Below are positions 43,701 through 44,581 of a stretch of DNA of 44,581 bases, piece by piece. A model generated the notes under the pieces. That model saw only the letters and a program-made list of their open reading frames with translations, was not told where the DNA came from and did not search any database. Numbering within the stretch: the first letter of the stretch is position 1; every line of letters starts with the position of its first letter. Both the position numbers and the translations under genes were made by a program. This DNA comes from a phage. Location: sequence record PZ445532.1. One strand, 5' to 3'.

Positions 43701-43913
43701 ATGATTAGACAAGTATTCATGAGCACGCAGGCCACACGCCTGAAAGAGCTACGCAAACAACTCGAAGGCTTGCGCCGATTCGAACGAACGGCAACGGCAA
43801 TAGGCATGTCAATCAGTGAGCGGATCGAGATACTATCTCAAATACGCTACACAGAAGGCGCCATACGCGAAGTAGAAAGCATGTTAACCCGATACTACGG
43901 TCGTGCCGTTTAA
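43701..43913 (+). CDS. hypothetical protein
   Basis: ORF track 43683..43913. The internal ATG at 43701 (MIRQVF...) has better RBS spacing. Charged, helical-looking. Confidence 0.45.
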   Translation: MIRQVFMSTQATRLKELRKQLEGLRRFERTATAIGMSISERIEILSQIRYTEGAIREVESMLTRYYGRAV

Positions 43914-43940
43914 CCCTCCCAGCCCGCCGATTTGGTGGGC

Positions 43941-43966
43941 TTTTTTGTGCCTGTTATAATCCCCCT
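43941..43966 (+). terminator. rho-independent terminator
   Basis: AGCCCGCC-GATTT-GGTGGGCT (one G-U pair) followed by TTTTTT. Confidence 0.6.
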
Positions 43967-43971
43967 TAGAT

Positions 43972-43980
43972 GGCAGGGCC
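43972..43980 (+). promoter_or_regulatory. extended -10 promoter element upstream of the small-terminase candidate
   Basis: TGtTATAAT is a perfect extended -10, about 50 bp upstream of the ATG at 44031. Confidence 0.45.
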
Positions 43981-44030
43981 GTCTCCTATGTTGCCGATGG
44001 TCGGCGCATATGCACAAAAGGGCTTAAATC

Positions 44031-44581
44031 ATGGCAGAAATCAAAGTTAAGGGCCGTCGCGCCAAACTGGACGGTAGAGTGGCAGTTACCCCGCGCCGTA
44101 AACCAGGCGAGCAAACCGAACATACCAATCTCGGACCTGAGATCGAATATGGCAAGCGTCGTAAAGGCGGCAAATGTGGGCGCCCGACAGACTACCGCAC
44201 TGTGTATTGTGACCAGCTTCGTCGCTATTTCGCCGATGCCGTAGCCTGGCAGATCAACTACTCCGACAAGGGGGCTGCGCAGGTAATCCCTCGCAACAAA
44301 ATGCCAACCTTCGGCAGATTTGCCGCGGAAATCGGTGTGGGCGTCGCTTGCCTGTATCGCTGGGCGCGCGCACATGAGGAGTTCGCCGAGGCGATGGCGG
44401 ACGCTATGGAATTGCAGAAAACTTTCCTGATGGAAGCTGGCGGCGTAACCATCGCGGCGGGCTTCGCTACGTTCCTGCTTAAAGCCAACCACGGAGTCCG
44501 CGACGATATCCCACTGGATGACGACGAAGATGATAACGGCGACGTCGTTGTTGAGCCTACCGGCAAAGGTCAGGGTGAGTA
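44031..44581 (+). CDS. terminase small subunit (putative), 3' end runs off the window
   Basis: ATG at 44031 with RBS AAAAGGG. 183 codons open to the last base, acidic C-terminus. Final bases ...GAG TA plus window base 1 (A) make a TAA stop overlapping the large-terminase ATG. Missing from the ORF track. Confidence 0.65.
   Translation, partial: MAEIKVKGRRAKLDGRVAVTPRRKPGEQTEHTNLGPEIEYGKRRKGGKCGRPTDYRTVYCDQLRRYFADAVAWQINYSDKGAAQVIPRNKMPTFGRFAAEIGVGVACLYRWARAHEEFAEAMADAMELQKTFLMEAGGVTIAAGFATFLLKANHGVRDDIPLDDDEDDNGDVVVEPTGKGQGE

Noticed and set aside
1-44581. tRNA genes, integrase or repressor
   Set aside because: No T-loop-like GGTTCGANTCC context and no cloverleaf candidate were seen in the intergenic regions. 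No tyrosine or serine recombinase or CI-like repressor ORF is present. Not called.

Overview
This window looks like a complete, or near-complete, genome of a virulent tailed dsDNA phage of an enterobacterial host (about 44.6 kb, no integrase or repressor seen). The host and phage group (Jersey-like/Guernseyvirinae is a guess) are inferred from gene content only. Layout: (1) a plus-strand morphogenesis block, 1..23734: large terminase, portal, head morphogenesis, overlapping spanin pair, scaffold, major capsid, head-tail joining, major tail, frameshifted tail chaperone, tape measure, lambda M/L/K/I/J-like tail tip genes and a side tail fiber. It is interrupted by two antisense cassettes (4454..5818 and 21674..21892). 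(2) A minus-strand early/replication block, 23760..36567: Dam methylase, PAPS-reductase-like protein, SNF2 helicase, VRR-NUC nuclease, family A DNA polymerase, gp2.5-like SSB, Cas4-like exonuclease and a highly acidic first gene. (3) A plus-strand block, 36969..44581: HTH regulator, primase-helicase, small genes, holin-like proteins, endolysin and a small-terminase candidate that runs off the 3' end. Its stop codon is completed by the first base of the window, which argues for a circular or circularly permuted record. The most unusual items are: a truncated beta-sliding-clamp (DnaN) homologue in an antisense cassette inside the head module; a genome-wide TTGGTTGCA motif with a TTGGT-N5-ACCAA palindrome in front of three genes; and two paralogous non-coding modules of GCGGGACA repeats ending in an identical 51-bp hairpin element. 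All protein calls rest on motifs read by eye from the translations; no database search was run.
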